Part shown: in pieces, positions 37,682 through 50,772 of the stretch
Layout: every line of letters begins with the position of its first letter
Position numbering within the stretch: the first letter of the stretch is position 1
NCBI RefSeq assembly: GCF_006345805.1
Contig: NC_043005.1
Span: 54,808,001 to 54,872,000, forward strand
Reading direction: 5' to 3'
Source of the DNA: Octopus sinensis
Lineage: Eukaryota
DNA length: 64,000 bases
Translations under genes and position numbers: made by a program
Notes under the pieces: model-generated
Told to the model about the DNA's origin: nothing
The model's input: only the letters and a program-made list of their open reading frames with translations
Database searches by the model: none

Positions 37682-38167
37682 TATTTGATTGTAATCGAAC
37701 ATGATAAGACCTATCACTGCAAGAGTAGTCCTGAGGGAAAATGTATATTTACCCAAGTCCAGGAGAAGAATTTTCTCCAAGGACTATTCTAGCAGTGATA
37801 TGTCTTATCTCAGCTGATTACAATCAAACATGTGTAACATCTGTGTGTGTGTGTGTGTGCACGTGTGTTTGCATGTTTTTATGTTTATGTATGTGTGTTT
37901 GTGTGTCTAAACTGGGTGTTCGAATATATTTTCTATATAGTAGTATATTTGGCACTCAGACCAACCCTTCATAACATAGATTGTTTTTAGAATCTCAATT
38001 TCAAAATACTATTAAATAGTTAAACACCTGTCTATATAAATATAGACTGACTAGACAAAGTAATAATACCACTGTTTTTATTGGACTAAAGGAAGGAAGA
38101 AAATGTAGCAACAAAATCTTTAGACTATCGAATGATATCTCTACGCATCTTATCATTTTTAGTTTAG

Positions 38168-38185
38168 TTCTTCTCCATCTCCGTT
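38168..38185 (+). other. Candidate 18-nt (or 15-nt) microexon, paralog 1
   Basis: tttttagtttAG|TTCTTCTCCATCTCCGTT|GTAAAT within a duplicated block. Confidence 0.3.
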
Positions 38186-38534
38186 GTAAATATAAGTATT
38201 GAGAGAAGGACATTTCACTTGTTTACCAAACTGAAGTAGTGTGCAGCCTTCCACTTTTTCTTCTAAATATTTGAGAAACTAATTATTGAAAACTCTAACT
38301 GTGGAATAGGTTATCAGTCATACCAAACAAAAGTTTTGTTGCACCTGACCAAAATCAATACCATTTATTCACATTCATACAATCAAATGTGACAGCAATA
38401 ACATTTAAACAACTGCTCGATACTGTTCTATCGTTATTGGTAAATAACCAGACTGCAACCAAACTTAGAAATGACACAGCTGAATCATTTAATATATATA
38501 TATATATGCACACACATATATGTATATATATATA

Positions 38535-38576
<42 letters not shown>

Positions 38577-40161
38577 ATATATACATATATATGCACATAC
38601 ATACATATATATATATATACATATATATATGTTCACTGTCTGTATTGATATTTATAACATAAAGGCAGCTTTCTCTTTGCAAATCCCCACCTGCTTAAGT
38701 AGATGGCCAATGTCAAGATATTCTAAGACCAAATATTAAGTGAGACAAGAAAAGAAAAAAAAAAAAAAATTCTTAACATAAGTATTTATACCCTAATTGA
38801 CTCTTTTAGATTTCCAAAAGTGGGAAAACTAAAAAGTGGCTTTCTTTGTTTGTAGAATGCCTGTATTTAAGTTTGTTCTTTTCATGATTCAACTCGACCA
38901 TTTCTACAATCTTTTCTTTATCTTACAGGGTTATTTTGGAGATGAAATTTTTAGAAACTAGTTGAAGAAATAAAAAAAAAAATGGTCAATCATTTTTTTT
39001 TTCAATCATCCCCTACCCCTACCTCTTTGAGTTTTATAATATAAAAGTAAAAATAATAGTGAATAATATTTTGGGTATGTTTTAGGGTTAAAAATACAAA
39101 GCTATGAAACTTGAAATAAGTTCTACATTAATAAAAAATATACATATTTTATGGTAGTTTATAGTACAATAAATTTCAAAGATCGAAATTTATTCCATCC
39201 CAATCTACAACATTTGTAATGTTAATGGTAAGAATGAAAAACTTTGGAAATTGAATACAAAGAATTCTTTAATTTCATTTCATTTTTATTTCATTGTTCA
39301 GTTTGGAGAGCTTGTAAGGGACCTGGAGCAATGTGGAATATAGTGTTCTCTTCATAATCACAAAAACAAAGTGATTTTTTTATTTATGCACAAGGCCAGC
39401 AATCTTAAGACAAGGGTTAATCGATGCTATCAACCGCAATACTTGATTGGGGCTTTATTTTATCAACCCCCCCCCTCACACACACACACACACACAAAGG
39501 ATAGAAAGTAAAGTTGATCCCAGCAGGATTTGGACTCAGAACAGAATATTTGAATTGAAGGCATTTTAGCTGGTAATCCAATAGCTCAGCCATCTCATCT
39601 CTATATAGTACCATAGTAACCATTCATGTAAATGGTTATTCATCAGTGTTAATTATTATGTAGGTCACTGGTCTTATTCAACGGACGCCTTAGCACAATC
39701 AAGGAGTTCTTTCTAACCATGTGATTCTGGGTTGAATCTCATGGGGTAACATCTTAGGCAACTGTCTTTTGCCTTAACTTGAGGTTGATCAATAATTTAT
39801 GAATGGAATTCGATGGACAGAAATTGTTTGGTAATGTCATATATATGTATGCATGTGTGTGTGTTATGTGCGTGTGTGTGTGTTTGTGTGTGTGTGCACA
39901 CGTGCACATGTGTACTTGTGTGCTTTTGTGTGTATGTCTGTGTCACGGCATTTGTGTATGTATGGGTGTGTTATAACAGTTTGTTTTTAGAATCTTAATT
40001 TCAAAATACCGTTAAATAGTTAAACACCTGTCTACATAAATATCGACTGACTAGACAAAGTAATAATTCTCTCTAATAAGTAATAAAACCACTGTTTTTA
40101 TTGGACTAAAGGAGGGAGAAAATGTACCAATGAAATCTTCCAACTACTGATTTTGCTTTAG

Positions 40162-40176
40162 TTCATCTCCATCTCG
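40162..40176 (+). other. Candidate 15-nt microexon, paralog 2
   Basis: ctactgattttgctttAG|TTCATCTCCATCTCG|GTAAGT: consensus donor, UGC in the pyrimidine tract, branch-like CTGAT. Confidence 0.42.
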
Positions 40177-40429
40177 GTAAGTTTTGAGTGGACATTTCAC
40201 TTTTGTAATGAAACCGTAGTAGTGTTTAGCCTCTTTTCTTTTTGTTCTAAATGTTTGTGCAGAGATCTCAGAATCAGTTGTTCAACGAGTCTGCTTCCCA
40301 ACCACATGCTTTTTAGGTTCAGTCTCTCTGCACAGTACTTTGGGCCAGTGTTTTCCTCTATAGCCCCATATCGAACAAAGCCTTGTGAGTGGATTTGGAG
40401 GATGAAAACTGAGAGAAGTCCATCATATA

Positions 40430-40430
40430 T

Positions 40431-40465
<35 letters not shown>

Positions 40466-40657
40466 TTAGCGTCCGCTTTCCATGCTAGCATGGGTTGGAC
40501 AGTTCAACTGGGGTCTGTGAAGCCAAAAGGCTGCATCAGGCCCAGTCTGATCTGGCAGTGTTTCTACGGCTGGATGCCCTTCCTAACGCCAACCACTCCG
40601 TGAGTGTAGTGGGTGCTTTTTATGTGCCACCCGCACGGGTGCCAGACAGAGCTGGCA
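40430..40657 (-). mobile_element. RTE 3' tail fragment inserted in the centre of a SINE A (40275-40425)
   Basis: (CAT)n + tttagcgtccgctttccatgc... Confidence 0.85.
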
Positions 40658-40689
40658 CATACATATATATATATATGGTGATGTGCTCT

Positions 40690-41140
40690 GCTTAAGAGGA
40701 CCTGTCAAGCCAAGTGAATCCTTGCTGGTGGCATGTAAAAAAGTCAATCTTTGAGCATTGGGCTTCACGGAAGCAAAGTGGCTGAGTTTCTTTTGAGTGT
40801 TGGGCCTCACAGAGGTGAGGTAGTGCGTTCCTTTTGAGCACTGAGCTTCATGGAGGCAAAGTGGCTGAGTTCCTTTGGCATTATGCCATGCTTGAGAAGA
40901 AGGCCCATCAAGCTGAGCAAAATCATAGTTGTGGCAGATACCGGTGTCATACAAATGGCATCCATGCCAGTGACATGTAAAAGCACTCATTACACACTTG
41001 GATTGGTTGGTATTAGGAACAGCATCCAACCATAGAAAACCATGCCAAATCAAACTGGAGCCTGGCACAGCCTTCCAGCGTGCCAACCCAGTCAAACTGT
41101 CCAACCTACACCTACTTGGACAACAGACGTTAAATGATGA
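40690..41140 (+). mobile_element. RTE 3'UTR fragment (diverged subfamily)
   Basis: gcatccaaccatagaaaac...gacgttaaatgatgat tail. Confidence 0.7.
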
Positions 41141-41199
41141 TATATGATGGCTATCCATCCATGATCAAAGAAATCCATCACTGACCACTAAGAAAACTG

Positions 41200-41730
41200 T
41201 ACACTCAGACAAAATTACACTTTACACTTACAGCCCCATTGGTGACTAATGAGCTCAGCTCTTGATAAATATTGCACATTCACTGATACTGTAGATGAAA
41301 CTTCCCCATTCACTATACAGGTGCATTTTCAAGCAGCTCACTTGCAAAATGCATGTTTCTTCAAAAATTCCCACTCTTTCTTCCACTTGTTTCCTCAATT
41401 GGTTGTAATGCAAACATTGATTTCCCAATTGACCTTCCATAGCCCACATGCCTTAAACAAAGATTTTATACAATCCTTGAATTGTGGTCTTGGGTTCTGC
41501 TGAGGATGCTTTCTATGAACAAGTTCACCATATAGCATCTGTTTAGGGATCCACTAACCATTCATCTGAACAATGTGTCCAGTCCAACATAATTGGGGCT
41601 TGTGCACTATCATCTTAATGCCCTGGATGTCAGCTCCCTTTAAAATATCTGTGTATAGAGTCTGCAAGGACCACCCAACATTCAAAGTGTCTCAGATATC
41701 TCTTATGGAAGTATTCAAGGACAGTTACAT
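41200..41730 (-). mobile_element. Old RTE (BovB-like) ORF C-terminal remnant
   Basis: QLCWTGHIVQMNG*WIPKQMLYGEL...RPQFKDCIK. Confidence 0.75.
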
Positions 41731-41779
41731 GATGCTCATAAAGGGTTCATATCTCCCATAAGTAAATGGGTGCCTTAAG

Positions 41780-42000
41780 TTAAGGCGGCGAGCTGGCAGA
41801 AACGTTAGCAAGCCATTTTCTCTGTCATTACGTTCTGAGTTCAAATTTCGACGAGGTTGACTTTGCCTTTCATCCTTTTGGGGTCGATTAGAAAAGCACC
41901 AGTTATGCACTGGAGTCGATATAATCAACTTAATCCGTTTGTCTGTCCTTGTTTGTCTCCTCTGTGTATAGCCCCTTGTGGGCAGTAAATAAATAAGTAA
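41780..42000 (+). mobile_element. SINE family B monomer
   Basis: ggcgagctggcagaaacgttagc head and type-1 tail. Confidence 0.85.
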
Positions 42001-42369
42001 AAGAGTGACATCAATACACTTGCATGATACTTGTCGACTTCTGTTAGTCTTGTGATGCCATGTTAGGATCAGACATGAAGCAAGCAAACAACTAGTTATG
42101 ACAGATAGTGGTGTCATGCAACTCACATCCATGTCAATAGCACGTAAAACCACCCATTATACCCTTGGTATTAAGAGTGGCATCCAGCCACAGTAACCAT
42201 ACCAAATCAGACTGGTGTCTGGTGCAGCCCTACAGCCTACCAGTCCTGGTCAAATCATCCAACAAATGCCAGTACTGACAATCGACATTAAATGATCATG
42301 ATGATATATAGTATAAAGTGGATTTTCCTGTCAAAGACGATGTATGAGCATTCAGCTTTTGCCATATGA

Positions 42370-42610
42370 CCTGCACAAATGATTTGTTTATAGTGATCAA
42401 ATGTCCATGCCACACATTAGCTCACTCTCTCCATGAAATCGACACTGTCTAATCAGTTGCACTGTGTGCCACACACCAGGTGTCAGAGTGATCACAGAAT
42501 AATGTGAGATGAAGTGTTTTGCTCAAGAACACAACTCACCACATAGTCTAGGAATTGAACTCAGGATCTAGCAATCCTGAGTGAAATACTCTAACCACTA
42601 GAGCAGGTAC
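42370..42610 (-). mobile_element. SINE family D (another copy at 43165-43410)
   Basis: aagtgttttgctcaagaacacaac core; tRNA-like head at the right end. Confidence 0.65.
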
Positions 42611-43431
42611 ACTCGCTGATGATATTTAAATATACAGTAGTACCTCGGTTTTCAAACAACTCTGGTCATGAATGAATTGTGCTTTATCTCCTGTCTTTCT
42701 CATATTCATTTAATACAGTAGTACCTCAGTTTAAGAATGCCTCTGATCTCAAATAAATTGTGCTTTATTATATATATATATATATATATACATTTAGCAG
42801 CATATGCGCATACGAAACCATCTATAATATACATATATATACTAAAACGTACAGACGCATGTACATAGCTATATACCTATATAGACATATATAGGCGAGA
42901 CATAAATATATATATATATATGTACACGCACATGCATGCACATAAAATTTCCTCATGTAAGCCTATACAAGTTAGTTGTTACAGGCAAAAGAAAGAGAAG
43001 GTAAACATTAAGATTCTAAGCAAAACTGTCCAATGAACGGGAATGTGAAACTCTGAGTAACAGTTTGTTTTTATACTTTTGCAGCTTTTTAATAATATAT
43101 ATATAATGAACTCTTCCGCCATTAGACAGTGTATGAAGGTTCGACAATTTCTTGCCAAACAACTACAAAGATGATTTGTTTATAGTGATCAAATGTTTGT
43201 GTTCACATAAGCTCACTCCCTCCATCAGATCGACATTACCTGTACAGGTGCAATGGGAGCCACATGTCAGATAACAAAATGATTGTAGAGCAACATGAAA
43301 TGAAGTGCTTTGCTCAAGAACACATCGCAACACCTGGTTTGGAAATTGAAACCACAATCTTGCAGTTATGAGAGCAACACTCTAACCACTAAGCCATGCG
43401 CCTTCACAACATATGTGTTTGTGTGTGTGTA

Positions 43432-43915
43432 TAGGCGCAAGGTAAGGCTGTTTGGTAAGTAGCTTGTTTACCAGCCACACGGTTCCAGAATCAGTCCTAC
43501 TGCATGGCACCTTGGGCAAGTGTCTTCTACTATAGCCTTGAGCTGGCCAAAGCTTTGTGAGTAGATATGGTAGACAGAAACTGAAAGAAGCCCGTCATAC
43601 ACACATATGTATGTATGTATGTATGTATTATGTATGTATGTATGTATGTATGTATCTATGTATGTATGCATGTATGTATGTATGTATGTATATATGTGTG
43701 TGTATATGTTTGCGTGTTTGTATTTCTCCTCTCCCAGTATTGCTTGACAACCAATGCTGGTCTGTTTACATCCCATAACTTAGCAGTTCGGCACAAGAGC
43801 CTGATAGAATAAGTACTAGTCTTACTAAGAATAAGTCCTGCCGTCGATTTGCTCAACTAAAGGTGGTACTCCTGCATGGTCACAATCAAATGACTGAAAC
43901 AAGTAAAAAAAATAA
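43432..43915 (+). mobile_element. SINE family A with expanded (TATG)n centre
   Basis: Similarity to other copies. Confidence 0.85.
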
Positions 43916-44535
43916 AAGAATATATATATGCGAGTGTGTGTGTGAGTGTGTATATCATTATCATCATCGTCGTTGATGATATATATATATATATATATAT
44001 CTGTTTCAAGTTTCCAAATATACCACAAACTTTTGTATTGCACACTGTGATATCAGAGCTAGTTAAATTACAGGTGCTAAGTTTTGGTTTTAGTCATACG
44101 AATACAAAAAAAAAAATGATAAGACCCATTTTAGTCAAAAGACTTTGTTATTATTCTATCATTTGCTTTTGTCTATTTATTTATTATTTATTTTGTTTTA
44201 TTGCTCTGTCTAAAAATGTACTCAGCTAAAAGGTTATAAAGTAGAATGCAAGACTTTACAAAATAGTTACTACAAAACTAAATGCACAGGCTGCCGGTCT
44301 TGATGGCATTAATGCTGATTTGACCTTTGTTTTAAAATAACTTGAAATGCCATAAAACAAAATTGAAGAAAAGCAACGAAAAAAACAAGAAAGAAATTCA
44401 AAGCTAGGAGGCCTAACGACATTTACCCACACATACTTGCCAAATGAGAAAGCTTTCAAACAAATAAATAAAATAAATAATATCAGTTATCATGGGGTTT
44501 CATTCATTAGGTGTGTATATATATATATATATATA

Positions 44536-44582
<47 letters not shown>

Positions 44583-45294
44583 TGTGTGTGAGTGTGTGTG
44601 TGTGTTCATTTATTTATTTCTATTTTTATGCTTTTTATTATTTGTATATTTTTTTTTGTTTTTGTTTCTTTACATTTCGAAAGACTTATTCTGGACCAGT
44701 TAACTAAAAACAATCTATCAAGTTATTCAGATATTAAATATGTTTTTGGCAACTAAAAATCAAATAATAATAATAAAAATTTAAATATAAATATCAAAAA
44801 ACAGTATAGAGAAGTAAAACAAAACAAACAAAAAAATACACAAAAATACAAAAGACAACAGAAAAATATTATATCTTAATCATTTTACTTCAAAAACAAA
44901 ATATTATAAAACGAAGCTTGGTTGTTTTTTTGTTTTTTTTTATATTCTTTTTACAAGCTAGCAAAGATTATATGCCTAAATTGTCTCTTTTCTGTTTCTT
45001 GTAGTTAACTATTTGTTTGGTAATGAAGATAAAAATAACAATAGAAATCTGAAGAAGATATTTATTTATCAGAACTGTGCACAGTATATTTGCCTCTCTC
45101 TGTCTCTATTTGTCTCTCTGTTTGTCTCTGTCTATTTATCTCCCCCCTCTCTCTCTCTCTTTCACTGCTTTATTTCCCCTTATATCCATAGATACCACCA
45201 TCTCCAGTTATTCTTCATTCATTTGTCAATGTTCATTAGTCTTCAAAGAAACAGACAACTTGTCAAGTTTACAGGAATATTCGTTTAATTCATT

Positions 45295-45454
45295 CAATTA
45301 TTCATTATTAATTTTATTATCATTACTCCCATTCTTTTTCTTCTCCTTCTTCATCTTCTTCTTCTTCTTCTTCTTATTATTATTATTATTATCATTATTA
45401 TTATTTTAATTATTATCATCATCATCATTATAATTATTATTATCATCATCATCA

Positions 45455-45506
<52 letters not shown>

Positions 45507-45544
45507 CATTATTGTTGTTGCTGTTGCTATTGTTGTTATTATTA

Positions 45545-45609
<65 letters not shown>

Positions 45610-45610
45610 T
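45295..45610. repeat. Compound (TTC)n/(ATT)n/(ATC)n microsatellite
   Basis: Directly visible. Confidence 0.95.
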
Positions 45611-46449
45611 TCGTCTTCTCCTTTCATTGCTTGTCTCTTTTTCTCACCTTGTCATTTCCACTGACGACTCTGCTTATACAATACTTAACAGTTGTTTAGA
45701 CATTTCTTACAGGTTTAAAACCCAGGAAAGCAAAGAGTGTGAAGTGGCTGGTCTTCGATTGTTCTAATTAGATGTGGAAATATCTTATGAGCAATTAAAG
45801 ACAATAAATAAGAACAGAATTCAATAAAATATTAGCAAAGAAAGGAGGAAAAACATATATGTATGAAATTAATAAAATATATGGATTAGCTAAATAGAAC
45901 ATGGCAATAAGTAGACCACAGTAATTAGTAGATTGAATCAGAGGGATTAAAAGTTTAAGGCATGAACACTTTTATCTTCCTTCTTTTTTTTACTTTGGTT
46001 TTTTTTTCAGAGGATTTTAATGTTTTTCAGCGCTGAAAAATATTAGGTGTTTGCATGTCTATGCACACACACATATGCATTCATAAATGTATTGACAACA
46101 CACACATGTATACAGACATACACACATGCAAATATATATTAAGCTAGGTACATTATACAAAGCTTAATATGTGTTATATATATATATACAAGCTAGTTTT
46201 ATAAATGTAGTTCATATCCTTGCCAAATGCAAAATTATAATTATAGAGGCACACACATACACACATAATTATATGTGTGTGTACATACATATTCATACAC
46301 ACGTACATACACATACATGTGTGTGTGTGTGTGTGTGTACATACACACACATCTAGATATAAGACTTTAAAACTTTGGGGAGAATGTGAAATATTATGTT
46401 TTCTATCCAAAGGGATTTTTAAACTAATATTTACATGCTTATCCTTTAT

Positions 46450-46775
46450 AGGTGCAGGAGTAGCTGTATGGTAAGTAGCTAGCTTACCAGCCGCACGGTT
46501 CTGGGTTCAGTCCCACTGCGTGGCCCCTTGGGTGAGTGTTTTTACTATTGCCTGGAGCTAATTGATGCCTTGTGAGTGGATCTGGTTGGCAGAAACGGAA
46601 AGAAGCCCATCGTAGATATATATATATATATATATACATATGTATATATATATATACATGTGTGTGTATGTATGCGTGTTTGTGTTTCTGTGTTTGTACC
46701 CCCACCATCGCTTGACAATCGATGTTGGTGTGTTTGCGTCCCTGTAACTTAGTGGTTCAGCAAAAGATAGATCTA
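46450..46775 (+). mobile_element. SINE family A, 3'-truncated (SINE B follows at 46940-47115)
   Basis: Similarity to other copies. Confidence 0.85.
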
Positions 46776-47139
46776 TCTAAGACAGCATGTTCTTTGTCTA
46801 TCTCCTTAACTTCTTGGAGATTTTAGGTATAATTATACTAATGTGTCCATCTGTTCTAATTTAATTAAATTCTATGTCTTTGTGCAGTTGAGGATTGCTC
46901 TACATTTTAAATTGATGTAACAATTGCATTGTTCAATTAAGTGGAGTTGCATGAAACGATCGTACTGCTTAGCAGTATTTCATGTCTTTACATTCTGAGT
47001 TCAAATTCTGCCAAGGTTGATTTTGCCTTTCATCCTTTCAGGGTCGATAAATTAAGTATCAGTTGCATACTGGGGTCGATTTAAAATTTCAGGCCTTGTG
47101 CCTAGGGTAGAAAAGAATATATATGAGAATATTAACTTT

Positions 47140-47295
47140 ATTCTGTTGTGTCTGGGGAGAGTCATTTTATTTTTGTGCCTTATAATTTAACACACTCACT
47201 GGTAAAATTTTCACTTATTTCTTATTTTTATTTTCCTAAAATTTTCATTGTGTCCTGCACAAAAAGAAAATGACTCTCCCCAGACACAACAGAAT
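47140..47295. repeat. 39-bp inverted repeat (38/39 match) with 78-bp spacer; MITE-like
   Basis: ATTCTGTTGTGTCTGGGGAGAGTCATTTTATTTTTGTGC (47140-47178) / GCACAAAAAGAAAATGACTCTCCCCAGACACAACAGAAT (47257-47295). Confidence 0.85.
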
Positions 47296-47719
47296 ATGCT
47301 TCAACACACAAATTCATATAAAGAATCTTGCAAACCAAATCCAAAAACGAAATATTAACTTTATGCTAAGCTATAACTTGTTCCCATGTCTGGAATTATG
47401 GTAGAGGAAGCTGTAGAGTTCATATTCTCCCTTGGAATATGAGTACAACAACCAGGGAAACTGTTCCAACAGAAAAAATGGTAATAAATAGAGTGAAATC
47501 AATTTTGCAAAAAATCCCTGAGAATAGGAAAATGTGAAATATACAAAGATTTATTAAAAAAAAAAAAAATGGCAAAATGCATGTGAATATAGTCTATCTA
47601 ATTATTCAGAAAATAATAAATCAATTTATCAAAATAGCACTTTCTAAAATATAAAATTTAAATATTTTACTTCATTCTATTTTTACAAATTTCTGAAAAT
47701 CTTACTTTTGCCTTTTGCC

Positions 47720-47949
47720 ACCACCATATTCATCATCATCATCCTTGCCATTGCCATCATCATCATCATCGTCATAAGCATCATCATCATCATCATTGTC
47801 ACCATCATCATCATCATTGTCAACATCGTCATCATCATTATAATCAGCAACATCATCATCATCATCATCATCATTGTCGTCATCGTCGTCATCCTCATCA
47901 TCGTCACCCAACATCATCATCGTCGTCGTCGTCGTCATCCTCATCGTCG

Positions 47950-48007
<58 letters not shown>

Positions 48008-48031
48008 TGTCATCATTGTCATCATTGTCAT
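47720..48031. repeat. Degenerate (CAT)n/(CGT)n array
   Basis: Directly visible. Confidence 0.95.
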
Positions 48032-48270
48032 TAGGTAAGGTCAATTGAAGCAGGATCTCACAACACCTCACAACTCTTCCCTGTTTTGCCTTCTCTCTCA
48101 GATTCCATTTTCTTTTTTTTTTCTTTTATCTTTGACTTGCTTCAGTCATTGGATTATGGCCATGCTTGGGCACCATCTCGAAGGATTTAGTTAAACTATT
48201 CTACTCTGGTACTTATTTTTACTTCTGTTACTTATTCTATTGAAATCTCTCACTGAACAACTACTTTATG

Positions 48271-48925
48271 GGGAGTGGCTGTGTGGTAAGTAGCTTGCTT
48301 ACCAACTACATGGTTCTGGTTTCAGTCCCACTGCATGGCACCTTTGGAAAGTGTCTTCTGCTATAGCCTCAGGCTGACCAAAGCCTTGTGAGTGGATTTG
48401 GTAGACAGAAACTAAAAGAAGTCCATTGTGTATGTGTGTATATATATATATATATGCATGTATATGTTTGTGTATTTATGTTTCCCTCCCCCCCACACAC
48501 ACATACACACAATTTCACTTGACAACCGTTGCTGGTTTGTTTACATCCCTGTAACTTAACAGTTCAGCAAAAGAGACAAATAGAATAAGTACTAGGCTTA
48601 CAAAGAATAAGATCTGAGGTCAATTTGTTTGACTGAAGGTGGTGCTCCAGCATGGCCACAGTCAAATGACTGAAACAAGTAAAAGAGTAAAAGAGTAAAG
48701 TGACGCCAGTTGTCAAACAATGGTGGACAACAAACACCTACCCACCCAGCCAAAACAGGGCTGGTTTCTTTACATTCCTGTAACTTAGCAATTTGGCAAA
48801 AGAGATTACTAGAATAAATACCAGACTTTAAAATAAGTACTGAGGTTGATTTGTTCAAGTGCCAAAATCCTTCAAGGTGGTGCCCCAGCATGGTCACAAT
48901 CCAGTGACTGAAACAAAGTAAAGAA
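48271..48925 (+). mobile_element. SINE family A plus a duplicated 3' half; inverted partial copy at 48120-48260
   Basis: Similarity to other copies. Confidence 0.8.
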
Positions 48926-48959
48926 CGGATGAAGGAAGCTCTCCAAAGAACAAATCATA

Positions 48960-49350
48960 ACATGAGCTGGCAGAATTGTTAGAATGCAAGGCGAAATGTT
49001 CAGCGGTATTTCATCTGCCGTTACATTCGGAGTTCAAATTCCACCGAGGTCGACTCTGCCTTTCATCCTCTCGGGGTCGATTAAATAAGTACCAGTTACG
49101 CACTGGGGTCGATATATTCGACTTAATCCGTCTGTCTGTCTGTCCTTGTGTGTCTCCTCTGTGTTTAGCCCCTTGTGGGTAGCAAAGAAATAGGTATTTC
49201 ATCTGCCGTTACATTCTGAGTTCAAATTCCACGGAGGTCGACTTTACCTAGGGTTGATAAATTAAGAACCAGTTGCATACTGGGGTTAATCTCATCGACT
49301 GCCCCCCACTCCCCAAATATTTTGGGCCTTGTACCTAGAGTAGAAAAGAA
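48960..49350 (+). mobile_element. SINE family B dimer
   Basis: Junction GAAATAG|GTATTTCATCTG at 49193/49194. Confidence 0.85.
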
Positions 49351-49542
49351 AACAAATGATAACACTAGTTCATCTTATGCTCTGTTTGTGAGATGTGTGA
49401 TAAAGACCTACAAATTTCTTTTAGTGCTGGATATGTTCTTTTGCTTTTTGTTTTTGTTTTTCTCTTAAGAAAGTATTTTGTAGAAATGGGGTGTAGCATA
49501 CATGTAATTGTTTTTGTATTTTTTTATAAAATTATCTAATCA

Positions 49543-49960
49543 TAGGCGCAGGAGTGGCTGTGTGGTAAGTAGCTTGCTAACCAACCACATGGTTCCAGGT
49601 TCAGTCCCACTGCGTGGCATCTTGGGCAAGTGTCTTCTGCTATAGCCCTGGGCCAACCAATGCCTTGTGAGTGGATTTGGTAGACGGAAACTGAAAGAAG
49701 CCTGTCGTATATATGTATATATGTATGGCTGTGTGTGTATATGTTTGTGTGTCTGTGTTTGTCCCCCTAGCATTGCTTGACAACCGATGCTGGTGTGTTT
49801 ATGTCCCCGTCACTTAGCGGTTCGGCAAAAGAGACCGATAGAATAAGTACTGGGCTTACAAAGAATAAGTCCTGGGGTCGATTTGCTCGACTAAAGGCGG
49901 TGCTCCAGCATGGCCGCAGTCAAATGACTGAAACAAGTAAAAGAGTAAGTAAAAGAGTAT
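49543..49960 (+). mobile_element. SINE family A, full length, young (CpG-rich)
   Basis: Closest to the family consensus. Confidence 0.92.
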
Positions 49961-50369
49961 AGGCTTGCTCAGTCAAGGCTGACCTAAGGCTAAACAACAA
50001 CAGCTACAATTGACATTCATTTTCGTTGAGTCTGAAGTAAGGAAAAGCAAAGATGACCATGGTTGAACTTGGAAACAAAATGTAAATGATTGTAAAACTA
50101 AGTGTCACTGAGCATAGCTACGAAAAACAAGCAAGAGAGTTATTTTTTTAATTTTCCATGAATAGCACTTGCTTGTACATTTCTGGAGCAGGTATTCCTT
50201 GCAGTGAGTGTTTCTTGCCATTCTTATCAATGGACCATAAAATAAGAAGACAAGCATTCATTATCTTATGCTCCATTGAAGAACAGGAAATTTGTTTCTT
50301 GCTTCAGAAAACCAAGACAGAGACACCGCAGTGCCAACTACAGTAGCTTAACTCTTTAACAATTAAACT

Positions 50370-50772
50370 CTTTACTCTTTTACTCTTTTACTTGTTTCAG
50401 TCATTTGACTGTTGCCATGCTGGAGCACCGCCTTTAGTCGAACAAATCAACCCCAGGACTTATTCTTTGTAAGCCTAGTACTTATTCTATTGTTACGGGG
50501 CTAAGTTACGTAAACGTAAACACACCAGCATCGGTTGTCAAGCGATGCTGGGGGACAAACACTGACACACAAACACACACATATACACATATATATATAT
50601 ATATAAATACATATATATACAATGGGTTTCTTTCAGTTTCCGTCTACCAAATCCATTCACAAGGCTTTGGTTGGCCCGAGGCTATAGTAGAAGACACTTG
50701 CCCAAGGTGCCACGCAGTGGGACTGAACCCGGAACCATGTGGTTGGTGAGCAAGCTACTTACCACACAGCCA
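50370..50772 (-). mobile_element. SINE family A, full length
   Basis: Inverted relative to 49543-49960. Confidence 0.92.
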
